Source: a virus. Taken from it: a stretch of 45,262 nt of DNA. Position 1 is the stretch's first letter. Every line of letters starts with the position of its first letter. The DNA lies in IMG/VR virus record IMGVR_UViG_3300031673_000114, positions 1 through 45,262 of that record. One strand, given 5' to 3'. This document shows positions 44,004-45,262 of this stretch, in pieces. Below the pieces are notes generated by a model. The model did no database searches. It saw only the letters and a list, made by a program, of their open reading frames with translations, and was not told the DNA's origin. A program made the translations under genes and the position numbers.

Positions 44004-44201
44004 TTACCGCTTTCCTTTGTGATGGAATTTGTGTTTCGCATTATCAGCAAAATGCGCCATACTTCTTACATGCGTACTCTTGGAATGTTCACCAGCTCTT
44101 ATGCCCGATTCCGAACCGGGCTTGTAGCCATGCGCCTTCTCCCAAGCAGTAAACCTACCCCTGTGAGACGGTTTGATGAACCCCTTGTGCCGGTAAGCCA
44201 T
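44004..44201 (-). CDS. Small basic His/Lys-rich protein (65 aa)
   Basis: Very strong RBS gaggaggtgaaggacgATG. MAYRHKGFIKPSHRGRFTAWEKAHGY.... Confidence 0.6.
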   Translation of the reverse strand: MAYRHKGFIKPSHRGRFTAWEKAHGYKPGSESGIRAGEHSKSTHVRSMAHFADNAKHKFHHKGKR

Positions 44202-44346
44202 CGTCCTTCACCTCCTCGTAAACGTATTTTCCATTCTTCAGTATGGGCCTAACACCCCGCAATAACTCTGCCGCATTGGAAGTGTGTATCGATACCATCT
44301 CTTCCATGTCATTGCTAAATTCGTTGTAAGGTATCCTATCTGACAA
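44155..44346 (-). CDS. Hypothetical protein, first gene of the leftward arm (TTG start)
   Basis: ORF track. TTG follows AAGGATGGAG. It overlaps the next gene by 47 nt. Confidence 0.4.
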   Translation of the reverse strand: MSDRIPYNEFSNDMEEMVSIHTSNAAELLRGVRPILKNGKYVYEEVKDDGLPAQGVHQTVSQG

Positions 44347-44376
44347 TTACTCCATCCTTCATTTTCAACATCCATA

Positions 44377-44404
44377 ATTTATATCGGAGTCCCCCCAAAA
44401 TCAA
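44377..44404 (-). promoter_or_regulatory. Possible sigma-70-type promoter for the leftward arm
   Basis: Minus strand reads TTGATT-N15/16-TATAAAT about 30 nt upstream of the first leftward start. The spacer is short. Confidence 0.3.
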
Positions 44405-44425
44405 GTACCCCACCCCGATGGGAAC

Positions 44426-44480
44426 TTGTTTAGTGTTTTCTAAGTCTCAACCCCGCATTTTTAGGCATTCCACTAAACAA
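44426..44480. promoter_or_regulatory. Perfect 10-bp inverted repeat (TTGTTTAGTG ... CACTAAACAA) with 35-bp spacer
   Basis: Read directly at 44426-44435 and 44471-44480. It lies about 20 bp upstream (leftward sense) of the putative -35. Confidence 0.5.
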
Positions 44481-44638
44481 AACCACTACACATCTGTTGC
44501 TCTTTTGCCCGCGTGGGACGTGGGAATCAACCCGCTTGGGCGTGAGAATACATGAACGTCCGCGCGCGCGAGAGGATTCGCTGGCGTGACGGTTTGGGAA
44601 TCGCTTGTTTCGCGCTGTTTTGCGATGCTTGGAACATT

Positions 44639-44678
44639 CCGCGTCCGGTTACTGTAGTACCGCGTCTGGTTACTGCGG
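44639..44678. repeat. Two direct 17-19-bp repeats CCGCGTC(C/T)GGTTACTG with 21-bp period (iteron or operator-like)
   Basis: 44639-44655 and 44660-44676 differ at one base. Nearby repeats: CGTGGGA (x2), TGGGAATC (x2) and a (CG)5 tract at 44560-44572. Confidence 0.6.
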
Positions 44679-44825
44679 AACCTCGATTGAAAGATGGGGG
44701 GTACAACCGGGTCACTGCTCTCTCGTCTTGCTTACTAATAGGCACAATACGGTATGGTCTTAACTACTTCTCGCCGTTTTTTCGTCCCGCTTGCCCGTCT
44801 AACCCATTGACTCTTCAACAGTTAT

Positions 44826-44871
44826 ACGGCGCTTCGCAATTTGCGAATTTGTTACGCTTTCGTAACGCCGT
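44826..44871. promoter_or_regulatory. Composite dyad element: ACGGCG [TTCGCAA-T-TTGCGAA] [GTTACG-CTTT-CGTAAC] CGCCGT
   Basis: Two perfect palindromes (44833-44847 and 44851-44866) are nested in an outer 6-bp inverted repeat. The element lies about 145-190 bp upstream of the sigma-54-like element. Confidence 0.55.
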
Positions 44872-44988
44872 AAACACCCGCGCTTTTGGCACTTATACGG
44901 TTTTTTGCAATACGCAACTTTTTTTCGCGCTTTGCCATTTAGACTTAATCTAATAACCCTTATTTGTCACGTTTTAAGGCTTTTTCTT

Positions 44989-45004
44989 TGGCACACAACT
45001 TGCA
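44989..45004 (+). promoter_or_regulatory. Sigma-54 (RpoN)-type -24/-12 promoter element TGGCAC-N5-TTGCA facing the early operon
   Basis: Read directly: tTGGCACacaacTTGCAa, with GG at 44990-44991, GC at 45002-45003 and exactly 10 nt between them. It lies 122 nt upstream of ATG 45126. Palindrome ACGCT-T-AGCGT (45010-45020) sits at the predicted start site. Confidence 0.5.
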
Positions 45005-45125
45005 ACTATACGCTTAGCGTTTAGTTCATTGACAAATTTGGTTTAAACAAGTCCTAAGCCTTAACTGGCTAAAGGTACGTTTAGACGGTAAACAACCTTT
45101 CAACTTAACCTAATAGGAGTTTATC

Positions 45126-45262
45126 ATGTCTAACGTAAATCTAACCCCCGAAATCGCGCAATTACTCGAAGCAAACGGAATCTCCCTCGAGATGCTCCAG
45201 CTTGCAACCGCTTTAACGCAATCGCCAAATGTCGCAAATTTGGCAAAGGATAAACTGATTGC
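45126..45262 (+). CDS. 5' part of the first early gene (continues at base 3 of the window)
   Basis: AGGAG-N6-ATG, then MSNVNLTPEIAQLLEANGISLEMLQLATAL..., in frame with ORF 57..545 through the duplicated 127 bp. Confidence 0.65.
   Translation, partial: MSNVNLTPEIAQLLEANGISLEMLQLATALTQSPNVANLAKDKLI
45136..45262. repeat. Terminal overlap: exact copy of 1-127
   Basis: Identical to the first 127 bases. Confidence 0.95.

Noticed and set aside
44887-44909. Second TGGCAC hexamer upstream of the sigma-54-like element
   Set aside because: The nearest TTGCA is 17 nt from the GG instead of 10, so it cannot form a -24/-12 promoter.
44527-44953. ORFs 44527..44745 (-) and 44552..44953 (+) in the control region
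   Set aside because: They have no RBS, mutually overlap on opposite strands, and cover repeats and palindromes. They are most likely non-coding regulatory DNA.
1-45262. Temperate lifestyle, mobile element or defence-system cargo (integrase, repressor, attP, toxin-antitoxin, CRISPR, retron)
   Set aside because: No tyrosine or serine recombinase motifs, CI/Cro-like pair, reverse transcriptase or repeat-spacer array were recognisable in any frame. The genome looks like a virulent phage. Small unknown early genes could still be anti-defence factors, but nothing in the sequence alone supports a specific call.

Overview
The window is one complete dsDNA phage genome. Bases 1-127 are identical to 45136-45262, so the unit length is 45,135 bp, and the first rightward gene (ATG 45126) runs across the junction. 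Two divergent arms leave a 0.78-kb repeat-rich control region (44347-45125) and converge on a hairpin at 18165-18186.

Rightward arm (45126 to 18157): about 45 mostly small early and replication genes with very strong AAGGAG ribosome-binding sites. It contains:
- a tRNA(CAT);
- a gene built from nine 33-bp tandem repeats;
- a translationally coupled cassette of unknown protein, GS-fold amidoligase and class-II (Ntn) amidotransferase;
- a Cas4-like Fe-S nuclease, DnaB, RusA, a NinG-like HNH protein and a Dam-type methyltransferase;
- a roughly 390-bp GC-rich, apparently non-coding, heavily base-paired segment at the end.

Leftward arm (44346 to 18221): small and large terminase, portal, scaffold and capsid (followed by an intrinsic terminator). 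Next come fibres and a Kelch/FN3 module with deviant GC content, then large podovirus-like tail and internal proteins. It ends with a DEDDh exonuclease, a YkuD-motif lysin candidate, a unimolecular spanin candidate, and a 51-aa basic peptide translationally coupled to a PurD-like ATP-grasp ligase.

I recognise no DNA or RNA polymerase, integrase or repressor.

The most interesting candidates are:
1. a scattered amide-bond toolkit (amidoligase, Ntn amidotransferase/peptidase, PurD-like ligase with a coupled peptide) of unknown substrate;
2. the structured non-coding segment at 17550-17935;
3. a perfect sigma-54-type -24/-12 element with upstream dyads in front of the early operon.

All family assignments come from motif reading by eye. 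No database search was run.
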